Numbered from the stretch's first letter, positions 13,401 through 25,823 are shown. The stretch is 64,000 bases of DNA from Prorocentrum cordatum (GCA_963575745.1 CAUYUJ010000001.1:868001-932000); one strand, 5' to 3'. Notes: generated from the letters alone by a model not told the origin. Numbers and translations: made by a program.

Positions 13401-14859
13401 GATTGCCATGCCGACAGGCCGAGCCGCCCCTTTTGGGCGCAGAGGCAGTTCTCCTCGGCGGTGCGCGGCACGCGTGCCGTGCCCGCTGCCGCCGTTCCCT
13501 CGCCTCTCGGGCGACGACACGGGCTGCCCGGCCACCCGTGGAGGCCACAGCCCCCATCTCCTAGCTGATAACTCTCATCGTCAATGCCCTCCTGCCTCCT
13601 CCTCCTCCTCCTCCTCCTCCTCCTCCTGCGGCGGCGGCGGCGGCGATCCGCGGCGGCGCCAGGACGAAAGGGAGTGGGGTGTGTAATTACCATGTCTGCT
13701 GCATGCAACTGGTTTCGGCCGCGCCACTGGTCGCCTTCCTCGGTGCACTGGCGCCAGAGGCGCCAGGACGGCGCCGGGAGAGTCAGCCATAAATAAGTTG
13801 ATCCGCTACCCCCTTCCTGTTACTACCCCCATGGACTCCTCCGTCGGTCCGACACGATCCTCGTCCTGCTGCTTGTCCTTGTCGTTGTCCCCCTCCTCCC
13901 ACAGGTCCCGACCCCTTCCCCGAGGCTGGGTTCTCATCCCGAGGGCTCAGGGGTCGAAAATTGCGAAAAACCGCCGCCCCGATAGTTTTCAATACGTTGG
14001 AGGTCCCGGCGTCCTTGCCGTCGTCGCCCTTGCTTGCCTGCCTGCCTGCCTCCTCGTCGCGGCGGCCGCGCCGTCCACGGTCGCGCGAAGGAGCCCGCCG
14101 CCGCCAAGGGCGTTCGTCGTCGTCGTCGTCGCCGCCGCCGCCGCCGCTTCCGCCGCCGCGGCCGCGGCGGCACTTGGCGCTCCGCGGCGGCGGCGAAGGA
14201 GGAGCTCGCCTTCGCCGAGGGCGGCGCCGCGCCCGAGCCTGGGCCAGAGCCCGAGGTGCCCGAGGCTCGGGCGTTGCGTCCCGGGGGGGGGGGGGGGCGG
14301 GGGACCCGTGGCAGTAGTTCTGCCACGCCCACGCTCTCGCACGCACTCATTGCAGGCGACCGCCAGGCGTGGGAGACGCTGCAGAGTGGGGCACGGGGGG
14401 GCGGGAAGGGAAGGGGGGGGGAAGGTGCACCTCTTGTGCCCGAAAGGGGCCCCCAAAGCGGGCCCCCTGGGGCCCAAAAAGTTGTCATCGAGGCTAGTAA
14501 CCCGTGGTCGTTCCGACGAAGACTTCCCAGGAGTTGCATCCTGAGGTACCGCTACAGCTACCGCCTCCCTCGTTTTCGGCTGTTGGGGCCTTCTGGCAGG
14601 CTCTCGTCGCCACTGCTAGATCCGCCTCGAAATCCCAGCCGAAGCGCGCCCAGTCGCAGCCCCCTTGCGCGTCGAGAGTTAGAACCACGACAGAAGGTCC
14701 CTCGCCAGGTTCGACCTCCGGGGGCCCCTGCTTGGGCCTTGGGGCCGTCAAGGAACGACTCGTCGGGGGCGGCCATAAGAGGGGGGGGGGGGATAGCTCG
14801 GTAGGATTAAGTCGGGCGTGTCCCGGGTGCCCGGTGGCGGGGTGCCCGGGTGCACGTTA

Positions 14860-15032
14860 GCCCTATAGAGCCTTATAGCCTTATAGGTCTATAGCCCTGT
14901 AGCCCTACAGCACTATAGCCCTATAGCCCGAATAGATCTATAGCCCTATAGCCTTAAAGCCCTATGCCCTAAAGTTCTATAGCCCCATAGCCTTATAGCC
15001 CTATAGCCATATAGCCCCATGGCCGAATAGCC
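14860..15032. repeat. ~9-bp satellite (CCCTATAG/CCTTATAG)
   Basis: Tandem ccctatagc units. Confidence 0.9.
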
Positions 15033-15154
15033 AGGAAAAAAATTTGATTGGGTTTTCTGGGATTGTTCAAAAATAGTCAAAATATTGCCTGGGGGCGATG
15101 TTTGAACCATTTTTTATTCTCTTGCACATGGTGTCTAGAGCTCCGACCACTTGG

Positions 15155-16560
15155 TTTCGGCACGGCCCCCCCCCTCCATCACCCACACATTCCACCAGCC
15201 AGCGCGCCCTTCCGCCCCGACCCCTTTATTTCGGCACGGCACACCCCTCCGCCCCGACCCATGTATTTCGGCACGGCACACATCCTCCGCATCCCCCCGC
15301 CCACCAGCCAGCGCGCCCCTCCGCCCCGACCCCCTTCATTCCGGCACGGCACACCCCTCCGCCCCGACCCCCTGATGTCGGCACGGCACACCGCCTCCGC
15401 ATCCCCCCACCCACCAGCCAGCGCGCCCTTCCGCCCCGACCCCTTTATTTCGGCACGGCACACCCCTCCGCCCCGACCCTTTATTTCGGCACAGCGCCCC
15501 TCCGCCCCGACCCCTTGTATTTCGGCACAGCACACCCTCCGCCCCTGACCCCTTTATTTCGGCACGGCACACCGCCTCCGCATCCCCCCACCCACCAGCC
15601 AGCGCGCCCTTCCGCCCCGACCCCTTTATTCCGGCACAACACACCCCTCCGCCCCGACCCCTTTACTTCGGCACGGCACACCCCCTCCCCCCCCCCACCC
15701 CCACCCCGCCCCGACCCATTTTATTCAGCACGGCACACCCTCTGCCATTGACCCTTGATGTCGGCACGGCACCCCCTCCGCATCCCCCACCCACCAGCCA
15801 GCGCGCACCCTCCGCCCCGACCCGTGTATTTCGGCACGCCCCCCCCCGCGCGCCCCTCCGCGCCGGCCCTTTCATTTCGGCACGGCGCACCTCCGCCCCG
15901 ACGCCTTTATTTCGGCACGGCACACCCCCTCCGCATCCCCCCCGCCCACCACCAGCGCGCCTCGCCCCGACCCTTTTTATTTCGGCACGGCACCCCCTCC
16001 GCCCCGACCCCTTTATTTCGGCACGGCACCCCCCCTCCACATTCCGCCCCCCCCCCACCAGCCAGCGCGCCCCTCCGCCCGACCCCTTTATTCCGGCACG
16101 GCACACCCCTCCGCCCCGACCCTTTATTTCGGCACGGCACACACCCTCCGCATCCCCCCGCCCACCAGCCAGCGCGCCCCTCCTCCCCGACCCATTTATT
16201 TTGGCACGGCACACCCCTCCGCCCCGACCACTTCATGTCGGCACGGCACCCCCTTTCCGCATCCCCCCACCCACCAGCCAGCGCACCCCTCCGCCCCGAC
16301 CCTTCATTTCGGCACGGCGCCCCCCCGCATCCCCCACTTACCAGCCAGGGCGCCCCCTCCGCCCCGCTACCTCTTTATTTCGGCACGGCCCCCACTCCCT
16401 CCCCGCGCGCCCTGCGCGCCCCCTCCGCAGCCCCCCACCCGCCAGCCATCGCGCCCCTCCGCCCCGACCCCTGCATTGCGCCCCCCCCCACCCACCCACC
16501 CACTCACAAGCCAGCGCGCCCCTCCGCCCCGACCCGTCGATTTCGGCACAACACACCTAT
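15155..16560. repeat. C-rich minisatellite (~36-bp unit cccctccgccccgacccctttatttcggcacggcaca with an optional cccaccagccagcgcg insert)
   Basis: More than 20 degenerate tandem copies. Confidence 0.95.
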
Positions 16561-17480
16561 CCGACCCTCCCCCTTTTTTTGGTGTAAGAGTCATGGCACA
16601 CGTGCCATTTGTTTTCGAATATGTTTTGGCTACTTTCGCTCTTCTCCCCAAAATCCCCTTGTAGGAGAACACGCACGACCTAAGGATAGGACCTGGTGGA
16701 TTTCATAGCGGGAGCCATGACATCTCCCCGGATCAGATGGCTCCCTCTTCTTAGAATGCAATGTTTTCCCGGCCCTCCTGCCGTCCGTGCACATGCCTCG
16801 GGCCTCGGGCCACGACACCACACGTGCCTCTTGGACGCCCCCGTTCTTCTTGGACGCCCCCGAACTCGGGATGAATAGCCGGCCGAAGGGAACAGTCCAG
16901 ACCTTTGGGGCGGGTCGGGGCGGGTGGCCGCGGCCGGCGCCCCAGATCTCCGACGATCTGGCTCTGCTCAATCCGGGCGTTGTTCCTCGACTTCGGCTGC
17001 CGGCACCCCGTCTTCGGGCCTCGGGGCCATCAAGGATGCACTAGGGGTGCAGGAGTCCCAGGCAGGCCTCGCGTCGTGAAGGAATCAGGACGGGAGGTTG
17101 TTCGTCTTTTGCGGCCTCTGGGAGCCCTTACCGGGGCCCCGAGGCCGTCAAAAAACATCGACATGAACGAAAAAGTGGTCCCAGGGAAAGCGTCGGGACT
17201 TCCAGGGACCGCGTGTTGAATCCTCGTTTCACGCTCCGCTCCTTCAAGGACTTCCACTTCCGCGCTGTGCTCGCGCTCCGGCACACACGTGCAGGGACTT
17301 CACGTTCTGAGCTTGCTCCCCTCCCGTTCCGCGCGCTCCTCCTCTTCCCGCTGCCTGCTGTGCCCAGTTCGGCCACGTGCGTCCCACGCCTGCTTCCAAA
17401 CGCGGTGGGATCTCGCTGCTGCGGCCAAAGAGCCGGAACAAAAACAGGACATCGCATGTCTGGGGTGGCCCTGGAGAATC

Positions 17481-17693
17481 GAAGACAAAAAAGCTACAAA
17501 AACATAAACTTTTGGCGCTCCGCGCGGATTTCTTGGATCCGCGCCTGGGCCCCCTTGCGGCGCTTCCGGCGCCGCCCTGGCGCGTTCTGGCGCCGCCCCA
17601 GGCGCGCTCCGCGCGCCAGGGAGAGGGGTCCAGCGAGAATCCAAGAAATCCGCGCGGAGCGCCAAGAGTTTATGTTCATGTGTTTTTTTCTTC
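17481..17693. repeat. Long imperfect inverted repeat (MITE/foldback-like)
   Basis: aacataaacttttggcgctccgcgcggatttcttggat (from 17501) is the near reverse complement of atccaagaaatccgcgcggagcgccaagagtttatgtt (to 17676). Confidence 0.85.
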
Positions 17694-19849
17694 CCCGGAG
17701 ATCCGAGGCCGCACATCGACAAGCAGATCTTCGGACGACCGGCGTCGCGGGGCGGAGCGGTCGCTCGCTCTCGCGAGGGCTGGGAGGAGCGACCAGGCCC
17801 CGGCTCAGAGAGACCACGGTCGAGCAACTGTGCTCAGCGTGACTCGCCCCCTGGCCGCCCTCGTGGTGTGCACTCTCTACGCTTAAGTCGGGCGCGTCCC
17901 TCTACAGGAGGAATATTCAAAAATAGTTTACAATGTAATCTGGGGGCGGTTTTTGGATTATGTTTGATTTGGAGTATGTTTAACCTATTTTTGATTTTTC
18001 GTCCAAGATCCGCCGGTGGGGGGACATGCCCGACCTGACTCTACGCCTGGGGCCCTCCCGCGTTCCCCCTCCGCGGCCGCCCTCCTCTTTTCCTCTCGTC
18101 TCGTGTACCCCAGCCGCGCGCGGCCCGCCGGCTTTCCACCGCGCCGGCGCTCGCCATCGCTGACGACCATGAAATCGCGCTGCCTGTTCTGGTCCACCGC
18201 GCCCTCGACGCGACACGCGAACCACGTCCCCGTCCTGGAGCGTCAACGTCAACGCCCCGAGCGTTGCGAAGCCTCCCGTCCTGCGAGGCGGGCCAGCACG
18301 GTTTCCGACTGCACGGCGCAGTGCGTCCCCGGGGCCACCGCCGCGACACGCGAAACACAAATCCCTGACCGTAGCTTACACAGTGGGCATCTCGAACAAG
18401 AAACCAGCCAGCCAGCAGGTGCCCCACGGAATGTCATTGTCGCCCGATGGCTTTGATATGCCCGCACGAACCTCCCGCCTTCTGCGGAGCGGTGCGACAC
18501 GCCGATATCCGCGCGCAGGGTATGCAGTCAAGACGCTGAAAGAAGGGCCACTTGGGGGTTCAGGGGGCGGGCTCTGGTTTTCGGGCCGTTCCCCAGATCT
18601 GAGCCGTGGGAGACATTTCGTGGCCGAGGCTCGCCGTGTCCGCCCCAGGGAGCTCCCAACTCGACGACAAACGTGCCCCAAGATTTCTTACGGCGGGATG
18701 CCTGACCGCAGCTACACGCTGTGCATCTCCCCCCCCACCCTCTGGCGCCTGGCCGTCGCCTCGCCTGCCCCTTGTGGTAGCAAAGAGGTGGGCCGACGGC
18801 TTCGCTGCCGTAGGCGGGCCCGCCTGCCTGCGCGCAGTACGCCGCCTCCCCATCACTGGGGCCAGTCTGGCTGTGCAGGGCGCGAGTCGAGCGGAGGTAT
18901 GGTAGCACGCTGGCCGCAGCGTGTCGCCAGGGCCGCCGCCGCGACGCGCCGAGCAAAAGCATAGGATGCACGTACCGGGAGGCTAGGCTCCGAGTCGGCG
19001 CTGGCATACGTATTCCTGATCGAAGGTTGGGCAAATTTGGCTGCATCCGCCGATCCAGGCCTGATGTGGCGCAACCCCGCTCGATCCAACCTAGTCCTGG
19101 GCTTCCTCCCGGCCTGCTCTGGCTCGATGGCCCCTCAATCGGGCTTCGTAGCCCTTACTCGTTCTGACGAAGACCTCCCAGGACCTGCCCCCCAAAAGAG
19201 TTCCTGGCCGTGGCTCGGAACGGGCAAGGACGAGGATAAATCCGTTCCAGAGCGTCCCGGAACGCTTTCAAAACGTTCTGGAACGTTCTGAGGTGGCCGC
19301 GGCGCCCGAGAAATCCTCCGGAGCCGCGTGATCTCAGAGATTCTCGATTTGTCCTCACCCGATATTGTCTTCGACCTGGCTTCGTCTTATCCTGCCTCCT
19401 CAAAGAACTTCCGGCCATGGCCTCGCTCCTGCCCAAGTGTCGGGGGCGGCAAGAAGGGGGGTGGTGATCCGGGGAGGATATCATAGCCTTGGCCATGAGA
19501 TCTCCCCTGATGTCATGGCGCTTCTGCCTATTTCAATTCGTCCCCCCCCCCCCCCTGGGCCGCGCACATGTCGGCGGCTATGGTTTGCGCGCGCGCCCTC
19601 CCCCCTCTTGGACGCCCCCCCTCTTGGCCGCCCCCGACCGCATGCCGTGGAGCGGCGGCGGGCAGGAGAGCGGTTTGGGGGGCCGTGGGGCCCGCGGCAG
19701 GCCGCAGCCGCGCCCCCGCGGCAGCCCGCGGCCGGCGTGCCGCGCTCGCCCTGCAGGGGAGGCGCGGTGGGTGCCAGCTCCCGCCTCCTCTCCCGTGTCC
19801 TGCCTCCTCTCCCGCATCCCGCATCCTCCCCCGTCCTGCCTCCTACCTC

Positions 19850-20020
19850 CTGCCTCTTCCTCCTCCTGCTCCTCCCTCTCCTCCTCCTCCTCCCTCTCCT
19901 CCTCCTCCTCCTCCTCCTCCTCCTCCTCCTCCTCCTCCTCCTCCTCCTCCTCCTCCTCCTCCTCCTCCTCCTCCTCCTACTCCTCTTCCTCCTCCTCCTC
20001 CTCCTCCTCCTCCTCCTCCT
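19850..20020 (+). repeat. (TCC)n microsatellite directly 5' of the LINE
   Basis: Nearly pure tcc run ending at the SL. Confidence 0.95.
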
Positions 20021-20042
20021 TCCGTAGCCATTTTGGCTCAAG
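20021..20042 (+). other. Perfect dinoflagellate spliced-leader sequence at the 5' end of a LINE
   Basis: TCCGTAGCCATTTTGGCTCAAG matches DinoSL 22/22. It is followed by ATG, not by the GT donor of an SL RNA gene. Confidence 0.97.
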
Positions 20043-20177
20043 ATGATGGTGCCTGCGGCGTCCTTCATGGATACCGCTAGTCCGCGGCTAGTCCCCAAGC
20101 TTTTGCCGCCACAACCACGGGCGTGCGGCAGCCCACAGCTCATCCTGCTTCTCACCTTGGCATTGCAGGCTGCCATA

Positions 20178-20305
20178 CATATCGGCTCGACCGAGCCCTT
20201 CATATCGCTCGTCGAGCCCAGCTCCGAGCACTTCATATCGCCCGTCGAGCCCTGCTCCGAGCACTTCATATCGCCCGTCGAGCCCAGCTCCGAGCACCTC
20301 ATATC
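20178..20305 (+). repeat. 33-bp tandem repeat in the LINE 5' UTR
   Basis: catatcgcccgtcgagcccagctccgagcactt, about 3.5 copies. Confidence 0.85.
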
Positions 20306-20503
20306 CGACGCCGAGCTGCGCTCCGCGTCCCAGGCCTCCGCCGTCGAGCCCAACTCCGAGCACGCCATCCTCGCCGTGAACGTTGCCCGCCCCGAGTTCT
20401 GCCGCCAGCATCTCCGCCAACCACGTATTGGCACCGCAGCCGCCCTGGACATTGGACAACTGTACAACAGCCGCTCATTGGACCTGCCCTACCATCCGCT
20501 ACA

Positions 20504-21990
20504 ATGTCGTCAAGCAGTGATGAGAGATCGACGTCCCGCAGCGCTCCGACACGCAGAAGGAAAGAACGTCGCCGTGGACGCCAAGACAAAGATCGAGATG
20601 ACAAATGTTCCCGTGCCTCAGCTGCCAAGGCTACACTCGACGTCATGGGAGAAGCTGGCGTCGCATCGCAACTCGTGCGTGCGTCAGGGAGAGCCTCGGC
20701 GCCACCTTCACGTCCTGGTCGCTCGTCTGCGCGCCCGTCTACTCCGCCAACGTTTGCGATGGATGCCGACGACCTTCTACACCACGGTGATGTCGCTTGC
20801 CACGCAGCGGCTGCCCCCGTTCAAGCTCGCGATGGACAAGGGAATGCTCCGCCCTCCCAACCTCTTGCAGTCGAGGCTGCTCCAGCCGCTGGAGGACACC
20901 TACATGCAGACCCACTGGCAGGAGATCGCGACCCTTGGCGTGGCCAACACACCGCTGGACACTCGTCCGCCGTCGGAACCGCCGCCGCCCCTCATGGTTG
21001 GGACATACCAGCCTCTGTCGAAGCTGCTGGAGGCACTGCCACGCCTGGATCGATCCCAAGCATCCCAGGCTTGCATCCTGACGTCGAAGCTGCTCTTCAA
21101 CAAGTCATGCAGACTCAAGTCGAACACGCTGCCGCCACCTTCCAAGCCCAGGCCAACGCTCTTCTCAATGAATCACGTGAAAGCTTTCGCCAAATTCTCG
21201 CACAACAAGTCATTGCTACCGAACGCCGAGTGGATGTTCTACATGATGCCGTCGCACGCACCCGCCGTGAACAAGACCGTCAAGCCGACGAGCAGAAAAA
21301 GATGTGGCAGCAGATCGACCAGATGCGCGACACGCTCGCGCTCGCTGAAGCTCAGGCGCCCATCACGGACCTCACCAAGCTTGCGGACTGGGACCGCGCC
21401 CCCGACCCGACCATCTTCCCCATCGGCTGCCAGCGCCTCATCGCGCCCGACATTCTGCTCAACGACCTGCAGGAGTGGATCGCCTCCGCCAACGTTGACC
21501 GCAACGCCGTGGAGTTGCTGGGGGACGAGCCGTCCAGACGCTTCCTTCTTCAGGTCAAAGGAGATCGTGCAGCCGCAATCCCGCGAGCTCTCGCTCTTTC
21601 ACGTGCCCTACGAGATCCCGCTGACAGGTGGAAGCGCTTTGTCTCCACCGACACGACAGGTGCCCGAGTGGACATCTACCTCAATCCCTCAGTCCCGACA
21701 AGTCTCCCAAGCAGATCCGCACCGAGATCCAGTGCAAGAAGCTCCTGCAACTGCCCCAGCATCGCTACCCCGACAAGCCATGGATAGCCATCCGCACCAA
21801 GGGCGAGATCCATTGCAACGCCATGCCTGCTGCGCGCCTCGACGTCAAGGGCCAGGCCGACCCCGCCATCCTCGAGTGGAACGAGCACGCGTTCGAAGGC
21901 CATCACTTCAACGAAGTGGATCGCGGCGGCGTCCTCACTGCGTCCCAGGCGCTCTCCGCGGACACTGCGTCAGCAGCGTGGCGGGTTTAA
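20504..21990 (+). pseudogene. LINE ORF1 (coiled-coil, putative RNA-binding), one frameshift near 21690
   Basis: ATG at 20504 (MSSSSDERS) lies in ORF 20123-21787 with a Q/E/R-rich helical segment (ALQQVMQTQVE...WQQIDQMRDTLA). It continues in frame 21628-21990 (SPDKSPKQIRTEIQCKK...AWRV*). Position upstream of the endonuclease fits ORF1. Confidence 0.7.
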
Positions 21991-22039
21991 CCATCCCTGG
22001 TCGCCTTGGCGACCGAACGAGGACCCCGTCCCCAGCACC

Positions 22040-25000
22040 CTCATTACTTGGAATGCCAGAGCCCTCATGCGTCACAAGCGCCAGCGCCGCCGACGCAAAC
22101 AGGCCGCCCTGCTGAAGTTCATGCGCCGCCAATGCGTCATCCTCATCCAGGAGGTTCATGGCTCTGAGGCCCTGCTCCGCACGTGGGTGGACACGCAGCC
22201 GTACCCGTACAAGCTCTTCTTCTCCGAGTTCGTCGGCGACGATGACGCCGAGGCCCGCCCTGGCACTGGTGGCGTTGCTACGCTAGTGCCCTGGCTCACA
22301 CCAATGCAGCTCGAGCAGCTTGCTCCGCACCAACTGCCTACCTTCGTCCACGAGGAGATCGTCAAGGGCCGCATCCAGACTGTCTCCATCCAATGCCGTC
22401 ACGAACAACTCCATCGTCATCATGAATGTCCATAACCATGAGATCGACGCTCGCGGCCGCGCCCGAGTGCAACGCGCTTGGCATCAGCATCGCACCTGGG
22501 CCGAGATCGACTACCAGCACCGCACCTTCATCGCCATGGGTGACTTCAACACTGCCAGCCGCCCACCGAACAGCTTCCTGCAGCCCCAGCCTCAGCACGC
22601 GCGCCTTGCGCTGGACAACAGCGCCCGTCAGCAGCAGCCTTTCTGGAAAGCACAATTCGATTCCATGCTCGAAATTGAATCCGACTTACCGACCCGCTTC
22701 AACAAGTCCGACTTCTCCGCCTCAGCGATCGACCGCGTTTTCATCAGCTTGCCGCCCCATGCCATGCTCGAGCTCACATCGCAGATCAACATTGCACACA
22801 ACCCTGCCATCCTGTCCGACTCCTTCCTCAGCGACCATGCGATCATCTCCTACACCATTGGCATCAAGCCGCGCACGCCGACGAACGATCATGCTATCCC
22901 CCCGCGATCTTCCGCGACCCGAGCTACGCCAAGTACCTGGACCAACTGATCACCCACACCAAGACCCAGCACGTTCCCATCCAGAACCGCTGGCGCACGC
23001 ACAAGCGCCTCATGGTCGAAGCCGCGAGGCTCGTCCGCGACGAGTGGGTCAGCTCCATCGGGGACGGCAACAAATCCAACCATGCCGACGGACGGGCCCT
23101 CACGGCGCGCTCGATCTCGCGCTCGGTCTGGCGCCAGGATGTTGCTCTCGTTCGCCGCCTACAGTCCACCACCGACCTTGGCGCCAAGTACCTCTCGATC
23201 ACCGACGGCCTCATCACGATCATCAACCAGCCCGAGTTCGCTGACATGTCAGCCTCGCTCCACCGCGACTTCGAGGCTCGGCAACGCTCTCTGGCGCAAA
23301 GAGCGGCCCAGCGCCCCCCTGGTGCGGCAGGGGCCCTCGAGCCCGAGAAACTCCGCCGAATCTTGCGCGCCTCGCAGAGGCGGGCTCTCCTGTGGGCCCC
23401 CTGGAAGCGTCGTCTGGTCCTCCAGGGCATCAAAATCTCGGGACCAGATGGCCCCCCTGGGGTCGCCAGAGAGAGCTGCGATATGGCTGACGCCCTTCGC
23501 ACCTACTGGAAGCCCGTCTTCGCACACAAGCTCGTCGACTCCGTCAAGGTCAAGCAGTACATCGCCGAGCACATGCCGCTGGGGGCCACCATCGACGTGG
23601 GCGCGCCGACCAAGAAGCAGATCCGCGCCTTCCTGGCTCGCACCTCTCCGTCGGCCCCTGGTTCTGATTGCCTTCCTTATCGCGCCTGGCTCGCACGCGA
23701 CTCGTCGCTGGACCTGCTCGAGGACCTCTCGTTCCACCTCTGCTCGAACGCCAATTTCATCCACGACCTGAGCGACTCTGACTTCGCCTTCTTGCCGAAA
23801 GGGGACAACCTCGTCGGCGAGTTGCAAACCGACAGGGCGCCCGAGGACACGCGCCCGCTCTCGCTCAAGAACACTGATATCAAGGCCATCGCTGGCGCCG
23901 CCAACTTCCTTCTCAAACCCGCTGTGGCAGAGCGGACTCACAAGGCACAACAGGGTTTCGTCGTCGGCCGCAACTTCACCAAGCACATTGTCATTCTTGA
24001 CGCCAAGCACATTGATCACCATCCTGTCTTCACCAGCTTCGACTTCGCGGCGGCGTTCCCGTCTTTGGGTCGGGTCTGGCTCTTCGCGGCTCTCGAGCGC
24101 TTCGGGGTTCCCATCGGCCTCATGAGCCTCTTCCGCAACATGTACCACGCCCCGAACAGCTTCCTCAAGGTCGACGGCATCCGCCACTTCATGTTCGCCA
24201 TCGAGTCGGGCGTCGCTCAGGGCTGTCCCGCCAGTGGCTCTGCTTGGGCCATCGCGATGGACCCGCTCGTCCGCCACCTCGCCTCCTTCATCGAGCACCC
24301 CGACGGCACGCCCGACTTCGACAAAGGCTACCTCGGGGTCTGTGCGGACGACACCGGCCTGCTCACATTCTCGTTCGACACGCTGCGCAAGGCATCTGAG
24401 CCTTTTTCTGCTGCCGAGGAGCTCGCCCTTCTCGCCCTCAAACCACGCAAGTGTGTAATAGTGCCCCTGTGGGCGCCCGTCTCTCCTGCCACCACAGCCC
24501 AAACGAAAGCGCCCCTGGCCGACCTTTGCCCTTCCTGGGGTGGCTTCACGATTTCGGGGCGAGCCAAGTACCTCGGGACCTTCCTTGGACCGTCCTCCCC
24601 CCTTGCCCTTCAATGGCTCGCCCCAGGGCAAAAGCGGTGGCAGCGCAGTAATTTGCTAAATCTTGTCCAGTCTGGCAGCGACGCCACTGTCCGCCTATAT
24701 AACACTTCTGTCCTGTCCACGCTCAGCTACGTTGCTCAGTTCTTCCCGCTCGACTCCAAGATTGCTCGCCGTGAGCTGTATGTCTTCCACAAAATGCTCA
24801 GCATGCCGCCCAACTCTTTTCGCAAGGTAGATCTCATTTCGACGGCGGAATGGAGCCCGCCACCTGTCCTTCGTTCAGCCCAAGTCACATGTGCTGCGGC
24901 GGCCATTCGCACAGCCACTTTCACACTCAGTGGAGAATGGGAACCGTTCCTCCACCGCCTGCGAGACACCGCCTGGGAGGAGAGCACGATCCAATCCTTC

Positions 25001-25730
25001 CCTCGGTGGGAAGCTGGGCGCTGGTCCCCCCCCTTCTGGGAGGAGGCCTCGTCCATCGTGCAATTCTACCATGCCCTGTCTAGCGGGCAGCGTGTCTCGC
25101 CATTTTCCGCAGCAGCCGTGGCCCTGGCGTACCGCGCCGCACGAGCTGAAATCCGAGAAGCACCCGACGCCGACCCGCCGCGTCGCCCGAAGGTACAGAG
25201 AGCGGTCGCACTCGCGCTGCAGCGTGCCTTTTTCTCTTCGCCGTTCACAGTCACCCTCGCGAAGCGCCTTGCAGCGTGGGGCCTTCAGAATACGCCGCCG
25301 CCCCCTGAGCTCGCCACCCGCTGGACTACTCTCGCGAAAGCGCTTGGAGAGGTCCGTCCCAGCTGGCGCTGGGCGGTTTTCAAAACGCTCAGTGGCGGGT
25401 GGACGCATGCATGTACTACTAGCTCAGCGCTCGTGTGTATTCGGTTGCCCGAACGCCCATTCTTTTCCCCACTACCTCTCCTGCTCCGTCCTCCTGAGCC
25501 TCCTCTGGTCCCCCGACCCCGCTCCGCTCCTCAGCACATATACATCGTGGGGCTTAGGCCCTGCAGCAGCGTACCCTTCCGAACCTGCCAGCGACCTCTC
25601 GTTGCGGCAGACGATTCGCAGGGTTGCGCTCGCTTTCCACATGTACAACAAAATGAAGCAACACGCAGCGCCGTCGCCAGCAAATATTGCTGCAGCGATG
25701 GCCGCAGCGAAATCACTCCTGTGGCGTTGA
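22040..25730 (+). pseudogene. LINE ORF2: AP-endonuclease, reverse transcriptase and Cys/His finger; frameshifts near 22400, 22900 and 25405
   Basis: Joins ORF-track pieces 22067-22435, 22320-22949, 23012-25795 and 24891-25730, with conserved motifs in the expected order. Confidence 0.9.
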
Positions 25731-25823
25731 GCCGCTGTCTGCCGTCTCACGCCTTGCCTCACTATCTAGGCAGGCTTGCGCGTGGGCTGGGCTGACAGAC
25801 GTGGCCGCCTCAAGGTACGTTCA

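Larger units (their letters stand above)
20021..25823 (+). mobile_element. Full-length non-LTR retrotransposon (ORF1 plus APE-RT-Cys/His ORF2), SL-headed and (TCC)n-flanked, with several frameshifts
   Basis: APE motifs ITWNAR, LIQEVH, MGDFN, IDRVF, SDHA. RT motifs APGSD, RPLSLKNTDIK, QQGFVVGR, DFAAAFPS, GVAQGCPASG, CADD, KYLG. C-terminal CVFGC-x7-HYLSC. Confidence 0.93.

Noticed and set aside
15048..16708. Pro-rich extensin-like ORFs
   Set aside because: Translation of a minisatellite with variable unit lengths.
20021..20042. SL RNA gene
   Set aside because: None of the four SL copies is followed by a GT donor and SL intron; they are mRNA-derived.
23249..24631. 460-aa antisense ORF
   Set aside because: Shadow of the GC3-rich RT coding strand.
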